A stretch of 62,465 nt of DNA, from contig NC_057720.1 in NCBI RefSeq assembly GCF_004010195.1, positions 18,294,763 through 18,357,227 of the forward strand, read 5' to 3'. This document shows, piece after piece, positions 1 to 12,699 of this stretch. The notes under the pieces are model-generated. The model had not been told where the DNA came from, searched no databases, and saw nothing but the letters and a program-made list of their open reading frames with translations. The stretch is from Chiloscyllium plagiosum. Its lineage: Eukaryota. Made by a program: the position numbers and the translations under genes. The first letter of the stretch is position 1. Each line of letters opens with the position of its first letter.

Positions 1-270
1 GGGTCGACAGTGAGAATCTTTTTCCTCGTATGGAGTCAGCTATTACAAGGGGGCATAGGACAGATGTTAGGGGTAGGTTCTTTACTCAGCGAGTCGTGAG
101 TTCATGGAATGCCCTGCCAGTAGCAGTGGTGGACTCTCCCTCATTATGGGCATTTAAGCGGGCATTGGAAAGGCATATGGAGGATAGTGGGCTAGTGTAG
201 GTTAGGTGGGCTTGGATCGGCGCAACATCGAGGGCCAAAGGGCCTGTACTGCGCTGTATTCTATGTTCTA
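1..270 (+). mobile_element. CR1-clade LINE 3' end (runs off the window start)
   Basis: End of ORF2 (..FFTQRVVSSWNALP..) and 3' UTR 'agggcctgtactgcgctgta' ending in ttctatg tail repeats; similar to the end at 55321-55777. Confidence 0.85.
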
Positions 271-1372
271 TCCCTCCAAACCCTTCCTAATTCATATACC
301 TCCAAATGCCTCTTAAAATGTTACAATTGTACCAGCCTCCACCACATCCTCTGGCAGCTCATTCCATACATGTACCATCCTCTGCGTGAAAAGGTTGCCC
401 CTTAGATCTCTTACATCTTTTCCCTCTCACCCTCAACCTATGCCCTCTAGTTCTGGACTTCCTGACCCCAGGGAAAAACTTTGTCTATTTATCCTATCCA
501 TGCCCCTCATAAATTTTGTAAACCTCTATAAGGTCACCCCTCAGCCTCTGACGCTCCAGGGAAAACAGCCCCAGCCTGTTCAGCCTCTCCCTACAGCTCA
601 AACCTTCCAACCCTGGCAACATCCTTGTAAATCTTTTCTGAACTCTTTCAAGTTTCACAACATCTTTTTGATGGGAAGACAACCAGAATTGCATGCAATA
701 TTCCAACAGTGGCCTAACCAGTGTCCTGTACAGCAATATGACCTCCCTACCCCTGTACTCAATACTCTGACCAATAAAGGAAAGCATACCAAGTGCCTTC
801 TTCACTATCCTATCTACCTGCGACTCCACTTTCAAGGAGCTATGAACCTGCACTCCAAGGTCTCTTTGTTCAGCAACACTCCCTAGAACCTTACCATTAG
901 GTGTATAAGTCATGCTAAGATTTGCTTTCCCAAAATGCAGCACCTCACATTTATCCGAATTAAACTCCATCTGCCACACCTCAGCCCATTGGCCCATCTG
1001 GTCCAAATCTTGTTGTAATCTGAGGTAACCCTCTTTGCTGTCCACTACACCTCCAATTTTGGTGTCATCTGCAAATTTACTAACTGTACCTCTTATGCTC
1101 GCATCCAATCATTTATGTAAATGACGAAAAGTAGAGGACCCAGCACCGATCCTTGTGGCACTCCACTGGTCACAGGCCTCCAGTCTGAAAAACAACCCTC
1201 CACCACCACCGCCTTCTACCTTTGAGCCAGTTCTGTTTCCAAATAGCTAGTTCTCCCTGTATTCCATGAGATCTAACCTTGCTAATGAGTTTCCCATGGG
1301 GAACTTTGTCGAACAGCCTTACAAAAGTCCATATAGATTACATCTACTGCTCTGTCCTCATCAATCTTCTTT
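271..1372 (-). mobile_element. CR1/HER1-like LINE, 3' half of ORF2 (RT), disrupted
   Basis: ORF 494-1108(-): SKFADDTKIGG, WQMEFNSDKCEVLHFG, RDLGVQVH, LERVQKRFTRMLPG, RLRGDLIEVYKI. Confidence 0.92.
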
Positions 1373-1545
1373 GAGAATTGTAGTTTTTGTAGGTTTGTTT
1401 CTCTCTCCCCCCAGTGGTTTGTGGAGCAGAGTAGTAGTTTATTTTCTGTTATTATTGTCATTATAAGGCTGTTACAAAATCACTACAAAAGAGTGTAAAA
1501 AATGTAAAATCTTTTTTCTCAATAAAAACATTTACAAACAAAAAA

Positions 1546-1700
1546 GGCAACTGAATGAGGCCATGAATAAGAAAGGTTGAAGGGGATATGGGCCAAATGC
1601 TGGCAAATGGGACTAGTTTAGTTTAGGATATCTGGTCAGCACAAACGAGTTGGATCAAAGCATCTGGTTCTGTGCTATATGGCTTTATGTTGTATAGTCA
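1546..1700 (+). mobile_element. CR1 3' tail fragment
   Basis: 'gggatatgggccaaatgctggcaaatgggactag...ggatatctggtcagc' shared with other CR1 3' ends in the window. Confidence 0.7.
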
Positions 1701-4700
1701 TATATAACTAAAGTCAATTTGTAAATTACGTTGTTGAAATGAGATTGCAAAATAATGATACCACTGTGATTCGTGGTGGTCTAACCAGCCTTGCTTAATT
1801 TTTGGATGTGCCTCTAAACATGCCATTCAAGAACAGCAGAAAAAAACTGAAGGCAAGCATTCACCGAAAGAGGCAGCAAGTGGGCTCCAGTGTTAGCTAT
1901 CTTGTGTGAATGCGTAATGGAGGACTGGAATTAAATTAGAATGGAGACTGCCATCAAATAATTCAATAAATTCAAAATTATGGCACAGAAAATGATTAGT
2001 TGTAGAATGCTATGTCAATGCTAATGTGACTATCCACACTTTGACACAAGTCAAGCAGCAGGTTGGGACACATTATTTGGTTGTGAAGCTGAAAAAAATT
2101 CTTTCATTCAATTTTCTCTCATGCTCAGTATATACTCTGCTGCTTTTTTTTTAGTACTAAGAACACAAAGTAAGTGTGTGCGTTTCGCTTTGGATGAATT
2201 TGATAAATTTAAAAAGTTCAGCATACAGAAGTTAATGCCTGACCAAAATAAAAGTAATAATAAAGATTCTCCTTGCCTCTTTTTATCCTATTCTTGGGGT
2301 CAAGGTTGGCAGGAACAGTCTCCAAGCTGCCAACTCTATGATAACGAGGTAATGGGAAAGAGTAGATTTCACCCCCTTTAACATCTCACCTGAGAAAGTC
2401 AAGTCCAAAAATTAAGTTTTTAAACACCTTTTACACAGTACGTACAGAAATTTCTTTGAAGATTTTCTATAGCAGGCAATGTCGACAAAGGGATAGTTTA
2501 AGCTTAAGGAGTTACTCTGGGTTTCAATTTATCAAAATGTTTGTTGAGAGACTCAGTCACAGTTTGGACTTCATGTTTTTGTGGTTTACTGTGAGAAGGT
2601 AGCCAAAATAAATGGTGTTTGGACCTGTACTACAAACACAGTAAAAAATCTAATCTCACTGTTCATCATATGGAAGGTGGGAGAAGACTTAACCTTTCGC
2701 CAAAATTTTAGGAGGAAACAGGAACTGGAAAATTGCCTAATTTAAAACCGTAGACTTTTCTGTCAAAGAAATCAACATGCAGATTATTTTGGAACTGTTG
2801 GAAAAATACCCAAAACAGGTATTGGATGTCTACAGTCAAGAATTGGTAAATCAAAGTTATATCTCAGCCAAGGAAAATTCTTCATGGAACCACTGCATAG
2901 TTAATAAATACCTAAAGATATAAATAACTAATATACAACATCTTAACAAACAAGTATTCCTGGGAGAAGTAACAAGCAAGTGAACCAAAAGAACTGACAT
3001 GTGTGGCATGGCTTATATTTATATCTGCTTTGTTCAACTTGTCCTGTGTACAAACATTTATGCTTTGTCTAAAAACAAAGCATAACTTTTTGGTACCATT
3101 ATGTTGGTTAAAATTAGGTATTCAGACTTCTGTCAATGTTAATAGTTTCTAATTGGATTTCCAAATATATAATTCCTAATTTACCACTTTCAAACTCCAT
3201 TTAACTTACCCAAACAATGCGGTGTTTCAAACAAAAAAAAAGCTGCAATGCTGCTAAGGTATTAATTAACACAAATCACCAATTTGCAAAGATTGTAACA
3301 GACTGATCTTTATGACATTACAAAGCTGTAGACAAGGTCTAACACCTCAGGTGAAAGTAGTTTTGGACAGAAAAGAGTTCCAAAATTGATTGTATTATTG
3401 CATGCAGAAGCGGAAAGTTGTTAATACTGAAATAAGTAAGTACAAAAACCAGTTACTAACAGAGTCCTACACCAATTATTGTTTTGCCTGTTACAATCTA
3501 AATTAATGATCCAGATTAAGGTGTTATATGATTATCCGCAAATGTAAAGCATTTTACAGAATTATTTTAAAACTATTCATCTTGGCTGTTTGGCTTTGTC
3601 TCTCCCAGTTTCCTGTCATTGAGAGAAATGTGATTGAAGCATTCCCAAGCCAGAAAAGAGAAGAAAGCAGTGTTGTGAACTTAATCCAGCATTTTCCATT
3701 AGGAAGGAAAGCAAGCACTGGAAACATTAAGACATATCTCATTACACTGAATACGAAGAACCTTAATGTGAATAAACGAACTGCAATAATTCAAGAACAA
3801 CACACCAGCTCAAAGGATTATCCAAACCATATATTCAAATACAGAGTTCCAAGCATACTGGATGAAAAAATTGGACAAGGAGTGAAAGAAAATCAAGATA
3901 AAGGCTAGTTTTAAATTAAACAACTGATCTCGAGGTGACTTTAGAAGCAATGAACATTAATTTTGAAAAGATTGAACATCGTGAATACTGAAAATCAGAA
4001 CATGTAAAGATCATTTGGTCTCTAAACACTAAGCATAGCAGCCTTCGGCGATGGCTGAAAATTAGTTAGCAAAATTCCAGCAAACCTGTGCTCAGCTAAA
4101 ATGAAAACAAACATTAAAGAAAAAGTTTACAGGCACAAAGATCAAACGAGCAACGGTGCATAGTCTCAAAATTAAGACTTCATGAGCAGGCAGTATTAGA
4201 AAATAAACTCTGTTTCTAAATGCCAAAAAAAATTCTATGCAGACTGACTCTGGTCTCATTGCCATTCACAAACCAATCTTACTCCAGTTTGATAAAACCA
4301 AGGTTTAAAATTAAGCTTCCAAACTTCAGGCAGTTTTAAATGGGGTAAAAGATTCAAGTCAAGAGTAAGCACCCCTTCAAAATAAATTCCACTTTAACCA
4401 CTGATCAACTGTATAACATGCCAGATGACCAGTCAATAAACATTTCCAAAAACACTATTCCAGGCTGTACTATTTGGATTAATATCACAAAATAATTATA
4501 TTTTACAGTATACAGTTACATTCCAAAACAAACACACATCATCTTCAGATCACTGACTGCATAAATGATGAACAGAGGAGAGCAAACAAAATACAGGAGT
4601 AATTGTTTTGGTAAAAAATTCAGCCAAACTCATCTTTATTGTACAAAGTTTACAAAGAGTTGGCTAAATACACTGTTCAAATATATATTTTTAAAAATTC

Positions 4701-5789
4701 TATGATTTTAATCATAGAAGAGAACACCCACTCAGTTCCTAAACCACCAGTTGGTACCAATAGTTATAAATTATTACACCCTGGATATCTCTCAACTATG
4801 GATCAGAAAATGAAGCCCAGGTTTGCAATGCGACAAGTGAGAGCTTCACCAAAGCAATTGTTCAAAACCAACTACTACACACACCTTGATTATCACAGTA
4901 ATGAGTATATTTAACTACTATCCACTAATCTGTATCTGAAAAGATGCTCCAGTTCAACAGTGTATCTTCTGCACAAAGTTGAACATTGCATTATCAGAAA
5001 CAGTACTCTAAATGTGACATGTTGTTAGTTATGTCTAAGCTTCCATGCCACTGCACAAGTTACACTGCTCCTGTGAACGTCAATATAATTGTTGTCAGTG
5101 CCCATTGTAAGTCTTACTGAAATGTAATTCCATGTATTTAACCTTTTTGGTCCAGAAATAAGAAATAGGTTCACTTAATAGTTTGCAGTATGTGCCTTGC
5201 ATTCAGCAGAATCACAGGTCAACATAGATAATCATACAAACACTAAATTCAAAACAATTGGAAACACCAGTTTGAGCCCAAAGTGCAGATTTTCCATTGC
5301 ACCAGGCTGCTGCAGTGACTCAAGTCTAATCAGCATTCGCCAAAACTTAAATGGGTACTCAAAGCCTCCCCTCTGATTTAATCCAATATCAACACTGAGA
5401 AGAATACAATGCAGCACTAACCAACTACGTAAACAGGGGAGTTATTTGAATTGCTGGTCAGTGCTCAGTGATCAGCTCACATTGCCAATTTTTAACGATA
5501 TTAGTGGAACAAAACAAAAGGTGGCAAAAGTTGATTGACAGCTACTCAAAATGTGTTATCAGCAAATCTCATTTGTGCTACTGGTTAAATTGATCACCAA
5601 AACGGAATGTCCCCATCTGACAGGTACATTGAATTGTACAAATTCCATAACAGCAAATACTTTGGTTTAACAGAAATGGTCTTGAATTAAAATTACACTA
5701 TTTAAAACTTTATTGACTGCACAGACAGAACAGTGAGGAAATGCACTGACCAGCACATCAGGAGAAACAGAGTCCTGGTTGAATGGATC

Positions 5790-6140
5790 CTCCTCTCCAT
5801 TTGCTGGTTGCAATATAGGTGCAGAAGGTTCAGCTCAAGCCTATTCTCCAATTCAAAGATCATGACAGATCTGTGGCCAAACTGCACATACTTGCCTTTA
5901 AACCATATCCCTTCATACCTTTGCTTAAAATTTATCTCCCTTAGATTTAAAATTATCAGCCGGCCTGGCACGCATTGCTGTTCGTGGAAGCAAGTTTCGA
6001 ACATCAACCACCCTTGTGTACAGAAGTGCTTCCTAACAGCTCTCCTGAACAGTCTGGTCCTATTTCTCAGATTGTGCTCCCGAGTTCTAGAATCCCCAAC
6101 CAATAGGAGCAGCTTATTAACTAACCTACCTATTCCTACG
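5790..6140 (-). mobile_element. Old CR1 3' fragment
   Basis: ORF 5702-6103(-) begins MVGDSRTREHNLRNRTRLFRRAVRKHFCTQ, the CR1 ORF2 C-terminus. Confidence 0.7.
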
Positions 6141-6699
6141 GCAAAAAATCCTGAACTTTATAGTAAGAACTGAAGGTTCAACGAGACCAATGGCACTCTG
6201 GAGGAGAAGGTCAAGACGATAAACAGCATTTCCAATCCTGCTGCAAACTTCAGTTAAAAAGCACCCCTGAATTCATAAGTTGAATAAAGGTCAAAATTAG
6301 TTATAATGCCAGATCTAATTGTCTGTTGACTGGCACTAATTAGAATGATTCAATGAGCTGCTTGAATTTCTGCCCATGAAACCATTTCACAGAGCAAGGT
6401 CTTTCAGAATGCCAAGAAAATTAGAGAAAAATTAACATGTTGACAATATATTTTCTTCAGTAATATGAACCTGTCAAATTTCAGTTCAACAGTCAATATT
6501 CTCCTAGTTAAGTATGGAAAAACAAGTTTATTGCTGGATTTCTTTGCAACATTGATATTGAAGTGGGAAAAGGATGGCTGTTTTCCATAGTTTTATTCAG
6601 AATGTTGCACAGAAAGCCAATAATAAACTGAAAAGGAGATACAATTGGATAGGTTGCCCGTGCAGAGAGTGGATAAGGGACCAAGACCAGATAAGACTT

Positions 6700-8225
6700 T
6701 TTTTTAAAAAAAATTCATAGGATGTAGGCATTGCTGGCTAGGCCATTATTTATTCCCATCCCTAGTTACCCTTGTCCAGGTGGCGATGAGCTGATTCCTC
6801 GAATTGCTGCAGTGTAGGTACAACCAAAGTCACTGGGAAGGGAGCTCCAGGATTTTGACCCATGTTTAGAAGATGGTGACTTTGGAACTTTTACGAATTG
6901 CATCCAAGGACACTGAGCAAAGAAACAGTAGAAATTGTGGATAGTATCACTATTATTCCTCTTCTGGGAACATGGGCTCAAATCCATCATTAACAGATGG
7001 TGAAATTGGAATTCAATGAAAATCTGGAATTAAAAGCTTATCGAATGGCATCCACGTAACCATTGTCAGTGGTTATAAAAACCCATCTGATTTACTAATG
7101 TCTTTTACATAAGAAATAGAAGCTGGCAATTTAGCTTCTCAAGCAACCTACCCCTCACCTCAAATTCAACAAGATCACAACTAATCTGCCCTAACCATAA
7201 CTCCTCTTTTGTGCCAGCTCATCATAGCCCACTGGCATAGTGCTAGTTTTCACGATTTGTTTGCCTTAATTTTTGAGTCTTCATGTAACATGGAGTGAAT
7301 TGCAATGGTTGAAGCCTAGCAGCTCTGCTGCTGGGACTTAGGAGGAGGCTGAGATGAATCATTCTGGCTGAAGATAGGTCCAAATGTTTCAGTCTTGTCT
7401 TTTACATTAATGCTGTAGGCTTCCTCATTGTTAAAAATGGAGATATTCCCAGACATAAATTGTTTCTGAGAGTTTAACTTCTATCATAATTCATGCCAGG
7501 ATGTGGCAGAGCTGCAGAGCCTCAATCTGATGCATTTGTTGTGGAATCACTTCACACTGTCTTTTGCATGTAGCTCTCATTATTTGGTATGCAAGTAATC
7601 CTGTGTTGTAGCTTCACAACGTTGGCCCTTGATTTTTAGAAATTCCCGGTGCTGTTCCTCCATTCTTTCATAAACTAGGATTTATCTCCTGGCATGATGG
7701 TAATGTCATCCCATTTCTCCCCTCAGTTGAAGCAAAATGCTCAGAGACACAGTATAGTTTTACTTCCTTCATCTTTATTCTGGATCCTGGCAGGGAGAGA
7801 GAACAATTGCCCATGTGCACAGAGACGGGAGTTCAGAGTTCTGGGTTGGTGCTACTGTTGGACAGAACATAACTAGGGATTGTGAAGGTGGTGTCCGGAC
7901 ATTCTGTTGGGTATAACTCCACGTGTTTGCCTATGAGGCTATTGTTTAACTAGCCAGTTGTCCCAATTTTGGCACAAGTACAGATTTGTTGGTGAGGAAG
8001 ACTTTGCAGGGTCATCAGAGCTGTTTACCATGGTCTTTTCTAATGTTTAGGTTGATGCATGGTTCTGCGTTCAAGTTTGTTTCTTTGACTTTTTAGCATT
8101 TTTGACAAAGCTGAGTGGTTTGCTAGACCATTTCAGAGGGCAGTTAAGAGTCACCCGTAATGTTATGCATCTATAGGCACATGCATGCCAGACCAGATAA
8201 GGACAGCAGATTTCCTTTCCTAAAT
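6700..8225 (-). mobile_element. Old LINE (CR1/L2 superfamily) 3' region, fragmented and with nested inserts
   Basis: T-rich tail at about 6700 followed by 'cataggatgtaggcattgctggctaggccattatttattcccatccc'; the same end recurs at 37940-38070. Confidence 0.55.
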
Positions 8226-8238
8226 GAAGGTGGTCAAG

Positions 8239-8292
8239 GAGAATATCCCCGCCTGTCACGCGGGAGACCGGGTTCAATTCCCCACCGGGGAG
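8239..8292 (+). pseudogene. 5'-truncated tRNA-Asp(GTC) fragment
   Basis: 'tatccccgcctgtcacgcgggagaccgggttcaattccccaccggggag': anticodon arm CCCGC-CTGTCAC-GCGGG, T-arm and 3' acceptor strand match vertebrate tRNA-Asp-GTC; 5' acceptor strand and A-box absent. Confidence 0.8.
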
Positions 8293-8310
8293 GCTGCAGT
8301 ACATTGAGTA

Positions 8311-8486
8311 GGCGGCACGGTGGCTCAGTGATTAGCATTGCTGCCTCACAGCACCAGGAACCCAGGTTCAATTCCAGCCTCAGGTATCTGTCTGTCTGTG
8401 TGGAGTTTGCACATTCTCCCCGTGTCAGCGTGGGTTTCCTCCTACAGTCCGAAAATGTGCAGGTCAGGTGAATTGGCCATGCTAAA
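8311..8486 (+). mobile_element. HE1-like V-SINE, 3'-truncated, diverged
   Basis: tRNA-like head 'ggcggcacggtggctcagtgattagc...ggttcaattcc' plus V-domain 'tgtgtggagtttgcacattctccccgtgtc'. Confidence 0.85.
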
Positions 8487-8974
8487 TTTAATTTAGAGCA
8501 GGACCCTAGGAAATTGCCTATCGTCAGCCAGAACTGATGATGTTCAATGATGATTGCACAATTTTCAGCGATAGTCATAATTTGGATACTGAAGCAGTCT
8601 CTGTCCAAATGCAGCAAGACCAAGACAACATCCAGGCTGACAAGTGGCAAGTCACATTCTCACCAAACAAGAGCATGTGTGATCACTTCCAACAAGCAAG
8701 AATCTAACCATCACCCCTCGACATTCAATGACATTACCACCATTGAATTCACTACTACCGACATCCAGTGGTTATCATTGAACCGCTATGAAAGGTTGTA
8801 ATTGCATGACAGACTGTTATAGAGATTTAAATTGCAGCTGTAAGGTAAGATTGTATACACTGGGGTTCTTCTCCTTGAAACAGACTAAGTGGAAAAGAGA
8901 TTTGACTGAGAAGTATAAAATTGACGGAGGGATCTGGTACAGTGTGTGGTAAGGGTCTATTTATTTTAGCAATA

Positions 8975-9390
8975 TATACAGGAGCAGGAGTAGGCCATTC
9001 AGGCCTTCTAGCCTGCTCTGCCATTCATGATGATCATGAGTGATCATCCAACTCAACAAGCTATTCTTGCTTCCCACCTCCCCCAATACTTTGATCTCTT
9101 TATTGAAATCATACAATGTTTTGGCCTCGACTGCTTTCTATGTTAGAGAATTCCATAGGCTTATCACTCTCTGGCTGAAGACATTTCTCTTCATCTCAGT
9201 CCCAATGATTTACTCAACACCTTTAGACCTGTGACACCAGGTTCTCCAACCATGAACATCCTTCCTGCATCTGCCCAGACTGGTCCTGTTAGACTTTTAT
9301 AGGTTTCAATGAGATCCCACCTCCTTTTTCTGAACGCCAGTGAATATAATCCTAACCGATTCAACATCGCCTCATAAGTTAGTCCGCGCT
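8975..9390 (-). mobile_element. CR1 3' fragment, interrupted by the SINE at 9397
   Basis: ORF 9191-9403(-) LNRLGLYSLAFRKRRWDLIETYK; resumes at about 9724 'catcccaggaatcagtct'. Confidence 0.75.
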
Positions 9391-9396
9391 TTTTGA

Positions 9397-9724
9397 GTGG
9401 CACGGTGGCACAGTGGTTAGCACTGCTGCCTCACAGCGCCTGAGACCCGGGTTCAATTCCCGCCTCAGGCGACTGACTGTGTGGAGTTTGCACATTCTCC
9501 CCGTGTCTGCATGGGTTTCCTCCGGGTGCTCCGGTTTCCTCCACAGTCCAAAGATGTGCAGGTCAGGTGAACTGGCCATGCTAAATTGCCCGTAGTGTTA
9601 GGTAAGGGGTAAATGTAGGGGCATGGGTGGGGTTGCGCTTCGGCGGGTCGGTGTGGACTTATTGGGCCGAAGGGCCTGTTTCCACACTGTAATGTAATCT
9701 AATCTAATGTAATCTAATCTAATC
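9397..9724 (+). mobile_element. HE1-like V-SINE, full length, young
   Basis: A/B-box head (tggcacagtgg, ggttcaattcc), V-domain, CR1-like tail 'gggccgaagggcctgtttccacactg', (taatc)n 3' repeats; nearly identical to copies at 27467, 38716 and 57630. Confidence 0.95.
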
Positions 9725-10019
9725 ATCCCAGGAATCAGTCTACTAAGCAAAGTGTTAAGAGAGTGTAGTTTTAGTGACTGGTGGTAAGGCTGAGGAAAGA
9801 TGAAGAAATATTTTTTCACTCAAAGGATTGTAGGATTCTGGAACTTGCTATCAGGTCAGGGCAGAAATCTTGGAAAAGGTCTCTGGACGTGCACTTCAAA
9901 TGACCCACAGAGTGACAGATCAAACAATGGAAAATGGGATAAGACTAAATGGCTCAGCACAAAATTAATGGACCAAGTTGCTTCTTTCTGTACCATAAAC
10001 CTTCTTTGATTCCAACTAA

Positions 10020-11670
10020 CGTGAGGTTTGTGGAAGAGATAGAGACATTTGGTGAGGGCTATGTATTGATGTGATATACACGGACAGCCAAAAGATGTTG
10101 GATACAGTGCCAAACAGACTAATGAACCAAGTTTAGTTCTTCATGGAATAAAAAAAACGCTAGCAGTAACATGGATATGGAACTGGTTGAACGACAGAAA
10201 ACAAATACTGGTGGTTGACAGGAAAGATATTGTGAAACTTGAAAGGGTTCAGGAAAGATTTACAAGAATGTTGTCTGGATGTGGTGGGTTTGAGTTTTAG
10301 GGAGCAGCTGAATAGGCTAGGGCTTATAGAGGTTTATAAAATCATGACAGGTAAGGACAGGGAGAATAGCTAAGGTGTTTTTTGCCCAGACTAAGGGATT
10401 CCAAAACTAGATAGCATGGGTTTAAGGTGAGAGGGGAAAGGTTTAGAAGACCGGAGGGGCAATTTTTTCCTGTAGAGGGTGGTACATGTATAGATTAAGC
10501 TACCTGAGGAGATGGTGGAAGCAAATACAATATAACAATATTTACAAGGCCTCTGTTTAGGTACATGAATAGGAATGGTTTGGAGGGATATGGGCCAAAT
10601 TCAAGCAAATGGAACTAGTTCATTTTAGACTATCTGGTCGGCACAGACAAGTTGGAAAATCTGTTTCTGTGCTATATAACTGATTCTATGATGGATTTTT
10701 TTTTCTCAGACTGCAGAAACATCTGTAATGGAGCTCCCCAGGGAGTCAATATTGGGAGTTTTACTTTTCTGAACATATTAATGGCCTAGACCTTAGTGCA
10801 GACTGCACAATTTAAAAACTTATCTAAGACACAAAACGTGGAAGTATTGCTAACTGAGAGGGTGATATTGTGGAACTTTCAAGTACAAAGGACAAATGTG
10901 CAAAATGGAAAGACAGATAGCAGTGAAGCTCAATGCAGAGAAATATTTCACTTTGGTCAGAAGTACATGGAGACCTCATAAAGACAGCATTTCTAAAGGG
11001 GGAGCAGGAGCAGAGAGACCTGAGCATAAATGTACAGAAGTCATTGAAGGTGGTACGACGGTTGACAGCACAACTTATAGAACATACAATATCCTAAGCT
11101 TTAGTAATGGGCACAGCATATAAAAACGATGGACTTCTGTTAAGTTTGCATATGACACGCATTTGGTCTGAACTAGAGTACTGCATCCAGTTCTGGGTGC
11201 CACACTTTAGGAAGGACGTGAAGACACTGGAGAGAAAGAAAACATTTATTAAAATGGTTCCAGGGGAAGAAGAAACAGTTATTTAGATAGATTGGAGAAG
11301 GTAGGACTATTTTCCTTGGAGGAAAAGAACTAAGATTTAACAGAGATATTCATATCACATGGGGTAGATGGAGTAGATAGAGCGAAACTCTCCCCACTCA
11401 AAACGATCAAGAACAAGACAGTACAGATTTAAAAAGACTTTTAAAAGGATCTAAAGAGAGAACAATGAATGGTTAAGTCTGGAATGCACTGAGATTATGG
11501 TGGAGGCAGGTTAAATTGAAACATTCAAAAGGGGCTGTTACCTAAAAATGAAGCATGCACAAGGTTACAGAGAAGACAGGGAACAGCATTAAATGAATCG
11601 CTCAGAGAGCTGATGGAGACAACAGAATGAATGGCCTTCTTCTGCACTGTAACAATTCTCTAATTCTGTA
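10020..11670 (+). mobile_element. Old CR1 ORF2 remnant with a younger CR1 3' piece nested at about 10220-10690
   Basis: Degenerate RT and C-terminal motifs ('ctagagtactgcatccagttctgg', 'ggaaagatattgtgaaacttgaaagggttcagg') and two separate CR1 3' tails. Confidence 0.65.
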
Positions 11671-12109
11671 GAAATTAAGTGCACCACATAAACCACAGAA
11701 AACTATTCCAAACACACATTATAAAAAGGTACCAACCTGTTGTTTTTGCCATCTCTCACCATTAACCTTTAAAATTATTCCAAATTAATATTTGTATTAA
11801 TACATTATTCCATACCAACTCTAGCAACTTTGCGAACTGCACACAATGTTGTCAGTTTTCTAATGAAAAACAACATTATATGCAAGTTCAAACAGTTCTC
11901 AAGGTGGTTAACTTTATGTGGACCGCACAGCAAACTGCCGCACCAATAGGTTCTCACACATTAACTTTCTTTGGCAAATGCCATCTTTCTTCCTACCCGA
12001 AGGCATTGATTCCTGCAAGATTATAGTTTCTCTTGACCCTCACCTATGGTCAGCGAATGTAAATGGCGAATTTGAGATTCAATGTCCATGCAGTCCTGAA
12101 CTAGCCGGT

Positions 12110-12186
12110 TACGCTTCGGCGGGTCGGTATGGACTTGTTGGGCCGAAGGGCCTGTTTCCACACTGTAAGTAATCTAATCTAATCTA
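12110..12186 (+). mobile_element. HE1-like SINE 3' end only (5'-truncated)
   Basis: 'cgcttcggcgggtcggtatggacttgttgggccgaagggcctgtttccacactgtaag(taatc)n' matches the SINE tail. Confidence 0.85.
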
Positions 12187-12699
12187 GCCAAAGTTAACCG
12201 ATCAGCATTAAGGTGCAAAAATTGGCCTCAACACCACGGGCTCGGGAGAAGGTTATTCATCCAGGTCCCAAAAATGTACAAGTGCTGTGAACTCATATTA
12301 CTGATCATGTAAAAGAAAATTGAGCTTTGTGCACGAGCGGCTTATACATTCAAAAGTGCCACCTACAACTCAGAAATAAAACCACAAACCAAGATGTTTG
12401 TAAAATTGCAAATCACCACAGAATGTCACTTCAGTTGCCAAGGGTGATGCGGTAATTAATTCAACGTCATCCAGGCAGCAAAACACTGATTGAATTTCAT
12501 TTCCCCATCCCAACCATTATCCAACACTGTACATTGAAAATGGGCAACAAAGTTCAGTGTTCTTAAAAAAAATTAATTCGCCCGTTTGCCTGTGCCTCAA
12601 AAACACTCAACGAAGTCATTAATAATGAATTATAGTGACAGGCAAGCTTCAATACGTCCTGGTTAGTTCTGTAAGGATCTGCAGCGAGACTTGACACTG

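Noticed and set aside
7704..7901. TGTC..GACA-bounded segment as a solo LTR
   Set aside because: No TSD and too short or weak to support.
9397..9470. SINE heads as tRNA genes
   Set aside because: tRNA-derived A/B boxes, but continuous with the V-domain and LINE-like tail.
9379..9595. Recurrent ORFs such as MVSTAASQR.. and KPEHPEETHADTGR (also 27.6, 38.6, 57.5 kb)
   Set aside because: Translations of the non-coding V-SINE.
11733..11770. Possible minus-strand micro-exon (tttaaag|gttaatggtgaga..aacag|gttggt)
   Set aside because: Splice signals are weak and no frame matches a protein I can recognise.
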